A stretch of 64,000 nucleotides of DNA from Candidatus Eiseniibacteriota bacterium (GTDB taxonomy: Bacteria > Eisenbacteria > RBG-16-71-46 > CAVPCR01): positions 160,001 through 224,000 of the forward strand of contig CAVPCR010000005.1 of the NCBI GenBank assembly GCA_963702435.1. Reading direction: 5' to 3'. The notes below the pieces were generated by a model. It ran no database searches. It had not been told where the DNA came from and saw only the letters and a program-made list of their open reading frames with translations. Below, one piece after another: positions 1-10,038 of this stretch; the stretch's first letter is position 1; each line of letters starts with the position of its first letter. The translations under genes and the position numbers were made by a program.

Positions 1-2686
1 CGATACCGTGGCGCCTCATCCTGGCGATGAGCGTCGTCCGCTTGAGGCCGAGCGCCGCCGCCGCCGCGCTCTGGTTCCAGTCGGCGTCCATCAGCGCCTG
101 GATGATGCGGCGGCGCTCGAGCCGGCTCAGCTCCTCGTCGAGGGCGAGATGCTCTGCGGCATCCGTTCGCCTCCCGGCGCTGGCGGCGAGGTCGGCGGAC
201 AGGAGATCGAGACCCACCTCGCGATGGCCTCCGGCGAGGGCGACCACCCGCCGCACCTCGTTCTCGAGCTCGCGCACGTTCCCCGGCCACGGGTAGCTGA
301 GACATGCCTCCCGCGCCGCGGGCGAGAAGCGGAGCTGGGGCTTGCCGGCCGCCGCGGCGTAGGCATGGAGGAAGTGATCGAGGAGAAGACCGATGTCCTC
401 GATCCGCTCCCGGAGCGGCTTGAGCTCGATCACGACCGTTGCCAGCCGGTAGTAGAGATCCCGCCGGAAGCGGCCGGCGCGCACATCCTCCTTCAGGTCG
501 CGGTTGGTCGCCGAGATGACGCGGATGTCCGCCCGACTCATGGCGGACTCGCCGATCCGCCGGAAGTCGCCGGTCTCGAGGAAACGAAGGAAGCTCACCT
601 GCACTGGGAGCGGCATCTCCCCTACTTCGTCGAGGAAGAACGTGCCGCCGTCGGCCGCCTTGAGGAGCCCCTTGCGCTCGCGATCGGCGCCCGTGAACGC
701 CCCGCGCGTGTGGCCGAAGAGCTGGCTCTCGAGAAGCTCCTGCCCGAGACCGGTGGGGATGAGCGGCACGAAGGTGCCGCTTCGCCGCGGACCGGCGGCG
801 TGGATGGCGCGCGCGACGCGCTCCTTCCCCACGCCGGTCTCGCCGAGGATGAGCACCGGCACATCGGAGCTGCCGAGGCGCTCGACCTGCTCGAGCACTT
901 CCAGCATCGCCGGGCTCTGTGCGATGAAGGTCCCGCTCAGGAGAGTGGTCCGCTCCGCGTCCCGCCCCGGGCTCGATCCCGGCCGCCGGCCACCGGAGAC
1001 GGACGCGGCGGCGACTCGGAGCCCGGCCGCACGTCCGGGCTCGTCGGCGCTCGCGCGCTCGGCCGCGCGGGCGAGCGCGTTCGCCTCCTCGTTCATGCGC
1101 TGCCGATCCGATGACAGCCCTTCCGCGGCGAGGACCGGGCGCGCGCGATCGAGCATGGCGCGGGCTCGATCGAGCATGCCGGCCCTGATCTGCAGGCGCG
1201 CCCGCACGAGCTGGCAGCGGGCCACCCCGAGGGCGAGCCCGAGCTCGGCGAAGATGCGCTCGGCCTCGGCCAGCACCACGAGCACGTCCTCGATGGGCAT
1301 CGCCGCCGACCGCACCTCGAGCTCGGCCAGGCGGAGGAGCGAGTGGGGAAGCTCCGATTGCCGGCCGGCGGCCCGGAGAAGGTCGACCGAACGATGGATC
1401 TCGGTGGCGGCGCGGTCGAGATCTTCACGCTCGATCGCAAGATCCGCGAGCACGCGATGCGTGAGCCCCTCCTCGACGCGATCGCCAGCGGTGCGGGCGG
1501 CGCTGAGCGCCAGCGCGGCGTCCGCGGCGGCGGGATCGAGCCGGGCCAGGGCGAGGTGGGCCTCCGCCCGCCGGCGAAAGGCGCCGGCCGCATTCCGCGG
1601 GTTGTCGCGATCGAGCCAGCCCACGAGCGCGTCGAAATGGCGAAGAGCTGCTTCGTGCTCCCCGCGCGCCATCGCCAGCTCCCCGGCGACCGCCTCCAGC
1701 CACCCCCGGATCCGATCGTTCACCTCGCCCGCGGCCCGTTCCGCCTCGGCGCAGATCCCGGCGGCCTCCCGGAAGCGGCGCCGGAATACGCAGAGCCTCG
1801 CGAGCGAGATCAGCGGGTCCACCGTGGCGCGCCGGCTGCCGCTCGCCTCGTGCACGCGGATGCTCTCCCGGAGATTGGCTTCCGCCTCGTCCCATTTCCC
1901 CATCGCCATGTTGACGATGCCCAGATTCAGGAGCACCGCCCCCGCCCGGGCTCCGCTCTCGCCGGCGCCGATGGCTGCGGCGCGCCGCAGGTAGTTGTGC
2001 GCCGACTCGACATGCCCGGAGAGAAGCGACACGATCCCGAGGTTCGAGAGGAGTTCGAGCATCCGCGGGCGGCGGTCCCGCGCGTGCTGGAACGAGTAGG
2101 CGTCGAAGAGCAGATCGAGAGCTTCATCGGGACGCCCGGCCACCGAGGAAGCGATGCCCAGGCACTGCCGGGCGTCGGCCGCCGCGCCGGGCCAGTTCTC
2201 GGCGAGCGCCAGGTCGAGCGCCCGGCGCGCCGGCTCGAGGGCGGCCGGCTCCCGATCGTCCTGGATCGCGAGCCATGCGGTCGCGAGCAGGCGGCAGACC
2301 GCAGCTGGAAGCGGGGGTGTGGGACCGAGGATCTCATCGGCCGCGCGCACGTGGTCCCGCGCCTCGTCGGAGGAGTTCGCGCGCGCCAGCAGGGAAGCCA
2401 GCCGGTAGCGAACGATCGCCACCTCGACCGGAGGAGCTGCGCCCGCGTGGGCGGTGAGCCACTCCCGGTATGCCTCGATGGCCGCGTTCCCCCGGCCCTG
2501 ATCGCGAAGGTCGTCGGCGAGCCGGCGGGATGCAGCGGCCAGGAGGAGGTGGTCTCCCTCCCTCCTGGCGCGGGCGGCGAGCAGGACGAGCCGGTCGCGG
2601 TCGGGAGGCGCCTCGACGAGATGCAGATCGAGGTCGGGATCGGCCGCACGGGCCCGGGGTGACACCGGAGGGGGCGCTGGGGCCAT
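1..2686 (-). CDS. Sigma54-dependent transcriptional activator: long N-terminal TPR-like helical region, AAA+ domain and Fis-type HTH (3' end runs off the window)
   Basis: Manual minus-strand translation from ATG at 2686 (MAPAPPPVSPRARAAD...) stays in frame to position 1. Walker A GETGVGKE, ESQLFGHTRGAFTGA, FFLDEVGEM, RDLYYRL, YPWPGNVRELEN and C-terminal NQSAAAAALGLKRTTL are present. Missing from the ORF track because the stop lies outside the window. Confidence 0.92.
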   Translation of the reverse strand, partial: MAPAPPPVSPRARAADPDLDLHLVEAPPDRDRLVLLAARARREGDHLLLAAASRRLADDLRDQGRGNAAIEAYREWLTAHAGAAPPVEVAIVRYRLASLLARANSSDEARDHVRAADEILGPTPPLPAAVCRLLATAWLAIQDDREPAALEPARRALDLALAENWPGAAADARQCLGIASSVAGRPDEALDLLFDAYSFQHARDRRPRMLELLSNLGIVSLLSGHVESAHNYLRRAAAIGAGESGARAGAVLLNLGIVNMAMGKWDEAEANLRESIRVHEASGSRRATVDPLISLARLCVFRRRFREAAGICAEAERAAGEVNDRIRGWLEAVAGELAMARGEHEAALRHFDALVGWLDRDNPRNAAGAFRRRAEAHLALARLDPAAADAALALSAARTAGDRVEEGLTHRVLADLAIEREDLDRAATEIHRSVDLLRAAGRQSELPHSLLRLAELEVRSAAMPIEDVLVVLAEAERIFAELGLALGVARCQLVRARLQIRAGMLDRARAMLDRARPVLAAEGLSSDRQRMNEEANALARAAERASADEPGRAAGLRVAAASVSGGRRPGSSPGRDAERTTLLSGTFIAQSPAMLEVLEQVERLGSSDVPVLILGETGVGKERVARAIHAAGPRRSGTFVPLIPTGLGQELLESQLFGHTRGAFTGADRERKGLLKAADGGTFFLDEVGEMPLPVQVSFLRFLETGDFRRIGESAMSRADIRVISATNRDLKEDVRAGRFRRDLYYRLATVVIELKPLRERIEDIGLLLDHFLHAYAAAAGKPQLRFSPAAREACLSYPWPGNVRELENEVRRVVALAGGHREVGLDLLSADLAASAGRRTDAAEHLALDEELSRLERRRIIQALMDADWNQSAAAAALGLKRTTLIARMRRHGI

Positions 2687-2757
2687 AGCGTCAATCTTTC
2701 GACGTGGCGTCATGGACTTGACACCTACTCGATTCTCCCAGGACAGCGGGTCCATGA

Positions 2758-2792
2758 CAAGGCCCTCCCTGCGCTGGGCAGGGAGGGCCTTG
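2758..2792 (-). terminator. Perfect 15-bp stem hairpin, probable terminator or processing stem downstream of the Omp28-like gene
   Basis: CAAGGCCCTCCCTGC-gctgg-GCAGGGAGGGCCTTG, about 57 nt past the stop at 2849; no clear U tract. Confidence 0.6.
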
Positions 2793-2848
2793 CACTGACC
2801 TGAGGTTCGGGCCGCGGTCGGGCCGCTGTCGGCCTCCTGCGGCTCGGA

Positions 2849-4930
2849 CTACCGGATCCGCGTGACCTTGCCGGTGGCTTCGAACCCCGTGCTGGACAGG
2901 CGATACAGGTAGATGCCCGCGGGCAGATCGTTCCCGCGCGCATCCCGGCCGTCCCAGCTCACCATCCCCGGGCCGGCGCCGATACGACCGTCGATGAGCG
3001 TCCGCACCAGTCGCCCGTCGGTCCCGTAGACCCGGAGCGTCGCCGGTCCATCCTGCGGGACGACGAAGCTGATCGTCGTCGCGCTCATGAATGGATTCGG
3101 CCGCACCGAGACCTGCGTCAGGCCCGGAGCCGTTCCCGGATCCTCGATGCTCGTCGGGCCGTCGGGAGGCGTGGTCGTGAACCGCAGCGCGCGCCCGGCC
3201 GCGAGCCCATGCGCCGCCGCGTTCAGATGACCACTCGCCAGGTACTGGATGCCGACCGTCTCGGTCTGGTTCTCGATGCCGACCGTGCACCCGGAGGCAT
3301 CGCTCACCACCGCGTACTGGATGTCGATCTGCCCGTCTCCGGTCTCGGTCGGATGCATCGCCGGATTGTAGAGAATGAACTGGAGGGTCTCCGGCACGCC
3401 GAGCCCGGCGTCGTGGTAGTGCTCCACTCCGCTGAACTCGACGATGTAGCGACCGCCCGCGGCATCGTCCCACGCGTAGACCTTCCCGCTGCCGGCGGCT
3501 GCCGGGTTCAGGTCGGTCCAGAAACCGGCGATCATCTTCGGCGGTCCCTCGGGGCCGGGGATCGAGCCGTTCGAGACCGCGTACTCGGTGGTCGCCCCGA
3601 GGGCCAGGAACCCGTTCGAGGAGATCGAGATCCGATTGTCCACGTTGCCGTACAGCTTGAAGCTGAACGACATGGTCCGCTGTACGGTCTGATCATCACC
3701 CAGCGAGACCAGGGTTCCCGGTCCGCCCCGCGTGGGATCGATCTCCACCCAGTTGTAGGTCGGCCGCGGAACATTGCCCGGCCCGTCCACGTCCTCGTAC
3801 GCGTAGTAGCCGTAGCTGTCCGCTCCGATCGGGTCGGTGGGCGAGCCGACGCCAAGAGTCAACGTCGTCTGCTTCGTGTAGCCCCCAGCCGCCGCCAGGT
3901 CGAAACTGAAGGGGATCTCGTATCCGTACGGCACTGCGAGGACCACGCTCAGCGCGAAGGGATCGGCGCTGTTGTCGCCGGTCGCCAGGTACGCGATGTC
4001 GGGCCAGGTCCCCGCACCGTCGGTGACCGTCGCATTGGCATCGCTCGTCGACAGCGCCCCGGCGATCGTGGTTGCACCGACCGGATTCAGGTTCATGAGC
4101 GTGAGCGCGATCTCGGCGTCCTCGCCCGGATCGAGCCGGCCGTTCCCGTTGCCGCCCGCGGTGTCGTCGATCACGACACTCGAAACGACGAGCTCGGGCT
4201 GATCGAGGTGGAAGAAGATCTTCGCCGCCTGGTGCACTTCCTTGGTGGCGTCGTCCTGCACGAAGACCACGCACTCGAGGTTCCTCTCGACCCAGGCCGG
4301 GCCGAGCGCGAAGGTCTGCGTCCGCGTGACCGGCACGCTGGGGGCGAACGTGATGACCTCACCGGTTGGCGCGGGGAGGAAGTCACGCATGCCGTGGTTC
4401 AGCGTCTGCGGGAGCCGGTAGGTCGAACCGGCCGGCGGGGCCACACCGCTCTCGGTGATCGCGAAGCGCAAAGCCCCCGTCACGGGGGCGCCGCTCGTGT
4501 TCGTGATCTCGGCCGTGATGGTGCCGGCGACGCGATCCCCGCTCAGGTTGATGCGGAGCGGGCTCGGCATCGCCGCTCGATCGAGGACCATCTGCTCCCA
4601 GGCCCCGCCGGAAGTGCCGTCGACAATGCCGTCGAAGTAGGTGTGTGGCGTGTAGCTGACGCTGTAATAGGTGATGCGAGCCCGGTTCTCGTCGATGTTG
4701 GCCTGATAGAACGGATCCCCGATGCCGGGCCACCAGGCGTGAACGGCGATGGTGGCGACCATCTCGGGATGATTCGCAACGATCTGGTCCAGCACACGGC
4801 TGGCTGCTGGGCAGCCTGGTCAGGATGTGTTCGTGAACTCCTCGATGAGAACCATCCTGGGCTCGGCCGTGGCCAGGCTCGAAAGCCCGATCACCGCCAC
4901 GAGCGCTCCGGCGAGTGCAAGCGTCCTCAT
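2849..4930 (-). CDS. Secreted Omp28-like/thioredoxin-fold protein with Ig-like domains and a C-terminal FlgD-Ig-type domain; in-frame TGA at codon 37 (UxxC), probable selenocysteine; 693 aa
   Basis: AGGAGG 7 nt before ATG 4930; signal peptide MRTLALAGALVAVIGLSSLATA; then EPRMVLIEEFTNTS-TGA-PGCP, in frame with the 648-aa ORF. Also YYSVSYTPHTYFDG (cis-Pro-like loop), DDTAGGNGNGRLDPGE and C-terminal PNPF...GRLVRTL...WDGRDARG...GIYLYRL. Confidence 0.88.
4789..4803 (-). promoter_or_regulatory. Candidate bacterial SECIS stem-loop
   Basis: mRNA-sense CCAGC-CGUGU-GCUGG begins 17 nt after the UGA (4822-4820); the loop starts 22 nt downstream with GU at loop positions 2-3. Confidence 0.5.
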
Positions 4931-5101
4931 TGGCTGACCTCCTGGCTGGATGTGGACAAGGGCCGTCGGACTTCCCCGGCCGGAACCATTCTACACCTGA
5001 AAGTCATCTAAACATGAGGAAATGAGCCGGAGGGGCTGCGATGGGCCCTGGGGGGCCCGGGGGCCTCGCGACAGGGCGGCGGCCTACGGCCTCCAGGGCG
5101 G

Positions 5102-8100
5102 TCAGGGGACGGCTATCACCGTGGCCGGGAGCTCGCGCACGATGATCTCCCCGGCAGCGCTCGCCTCGACGCGGGCGCCGTTGACCGTGGCGGAGCGAAC
5201 GGCCGCGAGCGGGGTGCGAACGGCAATCCCGCCCGGTGGGATGCGGGTGCCGGCCTCGATCTTGACCTCGACGCTCGCGTCTCCCGCGCCCGCGTGCCGC
5301 ATGGTGAACGAGAGCGGACCGTGGTGCGTGCTGAGGTTCCGCACCGTGAGGCCCGGTCCGGCGAGCCACTCGCTCGGTACGCCCGCGCCGAGGACGAGCG
5401 ACTCGTCCGCCTCGCGCTCGTACGCGAGCATGTCGAGGATGGAGCGGATGAAGTCCGATCCGACCCAGGTGTGCGGGAGGTCGCCGACGAAGTGCGGGAC
5501 GCGGTCCTCGCGGCGCACCACCTCCGGCCACTGCCGCCAGCCGGTCGGCTTCTGCTGCGTCAGGAACCAGCGCGTGAGCTCCTGGGCGCGATCCCGCCAG
5601 CCGAGGCGCACGAAGGCGCCGATGTTCCGCATCTCGTAGGGCGTGAACGCATCCCACGGCGCGCCGTCGCGCCGCGCGGTGAAGAACTCCCAGTAGCGCT
5701 CGAACGTGCGCTCGAGCGCGGCCGGATCGAGGATCGCGGCGGCGTTGGTCGGGGCCAGGGCGATCGTGGTCGAGGTGGCGTCGAAGTCGCCGAGATCGGC
5801 GCATCCCGGGATGTAGTCGATCGCGTGCACGCGCCGGGCCGCCTCGACCGAGGCGGCGAGGTCATGGGCGAACTCGTCGCGGATCGCGGCGAGGCGGGCC
5901 GCTTCGGCCGGGTGGCCCAGTTCGGCCGCGAGGAACGTTGCGTCCTTGAAGCCGAGGAAGGCGAAGAAGTCGTCCCAGTAGGAGTGCATCGGCTTCGCCG
6001 AGTAGCCCTCGTGGCTGATCGAGGGCGGGAGGAGCCCGTAGAAATGGAGTTTGTCAGGGGTCTCGTACTCCGGCGTCCGGCGCTCGTGGCGGAGCGAGTC
6101 GAGATAGGCGGCCGCGGCGACGACGCGCGGCCACATCGCCGCGGCGAGCGTGCGATCGCGCGTGTGCCGGTAGTACTCGGCGACGAGGTAGATGAACTCG
6201 CCCGATGAATCGTGCTCCGGCACCGGATCGGCGCCCCGCCAGTCGACGACGCAGGGGATCTTCCCGTTCGGATACTGGTGGGGCGCGAACCACTCGATGA
6301 ACTCGCGCACCGCATCCGCGTGCCCGAGGCGCAGCAGCGCCGTCGAGGTGAGCGAGCCGTCGCGGATCCAGGAGCGCGCGTAGGCCCGCGTGCCCGGCTG
6401 GATGGCGGGACCGGCGCGGTTGACGAGGATGTAACGGAGCTGAGCGCGCAGGGACTCGGCGATCCACTCCGCAGGCGCCGGAAGTGAGCGGAGGTCGATC
6501 GTGGCCCGTTGCATGGACGAGTCCCAGGCGCGCCAGTACGCCCCCACCTGCTCCGTCACCCAGTCGAACGCTGCGCTCTGGCCCTCGACCATGGGCGGCG
6601 GCGGCGAGTCCGCGTGGAGCGGAATGACGACATGCACCTGGTCCTTGCCGATGTAGTACGGCTTTCCCGCCGTCGCGACATTCATGGGGAATGCAAGCAC
6701 AGCGGATGCGGCACCGAAGGCGTCCTCGACGGCGCTCTTGTCCGGCAGCCTGCCTTGCGCCAGGTAGTCGGCGACGGCGTCGCCCTGGTCGAACGTCGCC
6801 GCCCCGAAATCCGCTGGTGGAGTGAGGCAGAAGAAGGCCGGTCGCCCATTGGCGCGCAGGATGCGTCCGTCCACGGCCAGATCGCGGATCGGCGCCGTCC
6901 CGCCGAGCTTGTTGAGGAACTGAGCCGGGGGATTCACCTGGAACGGGCGCACGGCGAGGCAAAGGGTGGCCTGCACCGGCTCTGCCGACGAGTTGGAGAC
7001 CCCGTAACTGACGACAATCGATGACGCGCCGGGATCGCCGGTCGCGAATGCGTTCACCGAGAGGTGGAGCGGCGGGACCTCGCGCGAGACGGAAGGCATC
7101 ACCTCCAACCCCTGACTCGTCGTCCCCTCGGCCCAGGTGAACAGCGTGTCCCCGACCATGAGGAACGGCTCGATCGAGAAATGCTCCTCCCCCGCCTCGA
7201 TCGCTCCGTCCTCGCTGAACAGGACCTCGCGGCGGTCGTTGTCGGCGCCGACCACCGTCCAGTAGCTCTGCTCGCCCGACATCCCGCGCGGGTAGAGCCC
7301 GCGCCGCGCATCGGCCGCGATCGCCTGGAAGAACGCCTCGCGTGTGGCCGACCAGGCGAGCGGCTGGACGGCGACCGCGGCGAGCGCCGCGCGCTCCGCC
7401 GCTTCCGGCGCGCCGGTCAGGCGCACCCGCACGTGGCGCGATTCGCTCTCCGGGAGATACAGGTAGTCGCGGCCGCCGTTCCCGCCCGCGACCGTGCGCG
7501 CGGCCGTCCACGGGCCGCCGCCCTCCTCCGCCGTCTCGATCACGTAGTCGCTCGCGCCGCCCTCGGGCGCCCAGTCGAGGACGAGCCCGCCATACTCGCG
7601 CGGCACGCCGAGATCGAGCGCGAGCCACGGGGCGCGATCGCCGGCGGCCGGACGCCACGCGGTCGTCGAATCGCCATCGAGCGCGCGCGCCGCCGCGTGC
7701 CCGCCTTGCGCCGAGGAAGCGCTCGCCACCGGCGGCGGCGGCGCCTGGTCGGCCGGCGGGAGCGGCGTGAGGGTCGAGATCGTCGATCCACACGCTTCCC
7801 TGGCCGCCGCTCCCCGCGGTGACGACGATCTCGAGCGCGGCGACATGCCGGATCTCGCCCCCGCCCTGCGGTCCCCAGGCGAAGGCGATCTGGCGCTTCT
7901 TGATCGCGAACTTCTGCCACTCTGCAGGGAAGACGTAGTCGCGGCGCACGAACCACCAGACGTTCTCGCCCGTCGCGTCGAGGAGCTTGAACTCGACGTG
8001 ATTGGACGGCGCCGCGCCCCGCACGCGGAAGGAGAATGCGTAGTTCTCAGGAAGGTGGAGCGCCATCTTCCGCCGCGCCACCGCGTAGCCGCCGCCGCTC

Positions 8101-8305
8101 TTGAAGTGGAAGTCGAGCCGCATGCGCGCCGCCGCGGCGCCCGGCTCCGAGCGCAATCGCGAGATCGACGCCGTCGGCCGGGAAGGGCGCCCAGGCGGCG
8201 ACATCCGTCGAAGTCGTCGATCACGGCTCGGGGCCGTCGGCGGCGGTTGCGCCGCCCGCTCAGGAGCAGAGGCGACGGGCGATCCCGCCGAGAATGCCGT
8301 CTCAC
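5102..8305 (-). CDS. Discoidin (F5/8 type C) domain protein with a C-terminal six-hairpin glycosidase-like domain; frameshifts in the 5' part (~7770, ~8100-8250)
   Basis: Discoidin motif ARALDGDSTTAW...WLALDLG; catalytic-like region QPGTRAYARSWIRDGS, PEHDSSGE, SISHEGY...HSYWDD, WPEVV. The N-terminal CBM-like segment (RLDFHFKSGGGYAVARR...VWIDDL) is in another frame. GTG at 8305 overlaps the upstream stop. Confidence 0.8.
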   Translation of the reverse strand: MRRHSRRDRPSPLLLSGRRNRRRRPRAVIDDFDGCRRLGALPGRRRRSRDCARSRAPRRRACGSTSTSRAAAATRWRGGRWRSTFLRTTHSPSACGARRRPITSSSSSSTRRARTSGGSCAATTSSLQSGRSSRSRSARSPSPGDRRAGARSGMSPRSRSSSPRGAAAREACGSTISTLTPLPPADQAPPPPVASASSAQGGHAAARALDGDSTTAWRPAAGDRAPWLALDLGVPREYGGLVLDWAPEGGASDYVIETAEEGGGPWTAARTVAGGNGGRDYLYLPESESRHVRVRLTGAPEAAERAALAAVAVQPLAWSATREAFFQAIAADARRGLYPRGMSGEQSYWTVVGADNDRREVLFSEDGAIEAGEEHFSIEPFLMVGDTLFTWAEGTTSQGLEVMPSVSREVPPLHLSVNAFATGDPGASSIVVSYGVSNSSAEPVQATLCLAVRPFQVNPPAQFLNKLGGTAPIRDLAVDGRILRANGRPAFFCLTPPADFGAATFDQGDAVADYLAQGRLPDKSAVEDAFGAASAVLAFPMNVATAGKPYYIGKDQVHVVIPLHADSPPPPMVEGQSAAFDWVTEQVGAYWRAWDSSMQRATIDLRSLPAPAEWIAESLRAQLRYILVNRAGPAIQPGTRAYARSWIRDGSLTSTALLRLGHADAVREFIEWFAPHQYPNGKIPCVVDWRGADPVPEHDSSGEFIYLVAEYYRHTRDRTLAAAMWPRVVAAAAYLDSLRHERRTPEYETPDKLHFYGLLPPSISHEGYSAKPMHSYWDDFFAFLGFKDATFLAAELGHPAEAARLAAIRDEFAHDLAASVEAARRVHAIDYIPGCADLGDFDATSTTIALAPTNAAAILDPAALERTFERYWEFFTARRDGAPWDAFTPYEMRNIGAFVRLGWRDRAQELTRWFLTQQKPTGWRQWPEVVRREDRVPHFVGDLPHTWVGSDFIRSILDMLAYEREADESLVLGAGVPSEWLAGPGLTVRNLSTHHGPLSFTMRHAGAGDASVEVKIEAGTRIPPGGIAVRTPLAAVRSATVNGARVEASAAGEIIVRELPATVIAVP

Positions 8306-9131
8306 GCCCTTGACGCTGCCCGCCAGGATGCCACGGACGTAGCCCGCTGGAAAACGAGGAAGACGAGCAGCGCCGGGAGCACGGTCAAGACCGATCCCGC
8401 CATCATGAGCTCGGTGTCCTGCACGTGCTCGCCGGCCAGGTTGGCCAGCGCGACCGGGAGCGTGTACGTCGCGCCTGTCGCTCAGGATGATCAGCGGCCA
8501 CATGAAGTCGTTCCACGCGGAGAGGAAGGTGAACGTGGCGAGCGTGACGAGGATCGGCTTGATGACGGGCACGACGATCGGTCAGGAAGATGCGCGAACT
8601 CGCCCGCGCCGTCCACGCGCGCCGCGTCGAGGAGATCGTCCGGGATGCCGAGGGCGTACTGGCGGACGAGGAAGATGCCGAAGACGCTCGCGAGGTAGGG
8701 GACCAGCACCCCGACGTAGGTGTTCACGAAGCCCGAGCTCGCGCAGGAGGAGGAAGAGCGGCAGCATGCCGACCTGCGCCGGCACGACGAGCGCCAGCAT
8801 GAGGACGCGGAAGAGCCGGTCCCGCCCGCCGAAGCGGAGCTTGGCGAAGGCGTAGCCGGCCATGCCCGTTGACGAGCACCGAGAGGAGCGTGGCGACCGA
8901 TGGTGATGAGCGCGCTGTTCAGGAAGTGGCGCGCGAGGTCGAGCCGGGTGAAGAGCGCGACGTAGTGCTCGAGCGTCGGCCGGCTCGGCCAGAAGCGGCG
9001 GCGGGACGTGTTCGCCTCCCCCGTCGGCATGAAGGAGGCCGCGACCATCCAGGCGAGCGGCGTCAGCGTGATCGCGGCGCCGAACACGAGCGCCGCGTGC
9101 AGCAGGAACGACGCGCGAGCCGCCGGCTCAT
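8302..9131 (-). CDS. Carbohydrate ABC transporter permease (MalG-like), frameshifted
   Basis: Pieces across frames: PLAWMVAASF, HFLNSALIT, AGYAFAKLRFGGRD, EAA-like loop IPDDLLDAARVDGAGE, FLSAWNDFMWPLI, YVRGILAGSVKG. Confidence 0.85.
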
Positions 9132-10038
9132 CGCCCGTTCTCCGCTGCGGAGCCGCGAGCTGGAGGAGCGTGCCGGCGAGCGTGATCACGAGGAGGAGGA
9201 CCGCCATGCGTCGAGGCGATCCCCATCCGCCACCAGCGGAAGCCCTCCTCGTACATGAGGAGGACGACGCTCGTCGTGCTCCGGAGCGGCCCGCCCTGCG
9301 TCATCACGTAGGGCTCGGCGAAGAGCTGGAAGTAGCCGATCATGGTCGTCACGCCCACGAACAGGAAGGTCGGCGCGAGCCCCGGCAGGGTGACGTGCCG
9401 GAAACGCTGCCAGGCGCCTGCGCCGTCGATCGACGCGGCCTCGTAGAGCTCCTCCGGGATCGCTCTGCAGCCCGGCGACGAAGATGAGCATGTTGTAGCC
9501 GAAGTTCTTCCAGACGGCGAGGAGGATGATCGCCGGCATCGCCCACGCGGATCGCCGAGCCAGTCGATCGGACCGAGGCCGAACCAGCCGAGGGCGTGGT
9601 TCAGGAGACCCGTAGCGCGGGTGATAGAGGTAGCGCCAGACGATGGCGACCGCGACGAGGGTGGTCACCACCGGGGCGAAGTAGATGGTGCGGAAGAGCG
9701 CGCGGAGCTTGACCGCGCGCGCATTGAGGAGGAGCGCCGCGCCGAGCGAGACGAGGACCGAGAGCGGACCGCCGACGAGGACGAAGTAGAGCGTGTTCCG
9801 GAGCGCCTGCCAGAAGAGCGAGCTCGTGAGCGTCGCCGACGTAGTTCTTGAGCCCGACGAAGCGGGCCGTGTCACGGGGCGCCGATCGCGTAGATGTCGA
9901 AGTCGGTGAGGCTCAAGCAGGAGACCGGCCAGCACCGGCAGGACGAAGAAGAGCCCGATCAACGCCGAGCGCGGGCGCGAGGAAGAGCCAGGCCGCCCGC
10001 GCCTTCCGGCGCTCGATGTGGGCGCCGCGCGCGCTCAT
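9128..10038 (-). CDS. Carbohydrate ABC transporter permease (MalF/UgpA-like), frameshifted
   Basis: AAWLFLAPAL, FWQALRNTLYFV, FRTIYFAPVVTTLVAV, VWKNFGYNMLIFVAGLQS and FQLFAEPYVMTQGGP occur across frames; ATG at 10038 overlaps the upstream TGA. Confidence 0.85.

Noticed and set aside
8..2662. Plus-strand ORFs 8..1114, 504..1994 and 1343..2662
   Set aside because: Antisense shadows of the minus-strand sigma54 activator, which carries all the conserved motifs.
5102..8572. Apparent permease-glycosidase fusion (1156 aa)
   Set aside because: Produced by frameshifts, including an apparent 1-nt insertion at the stop/start overlap near 8305.
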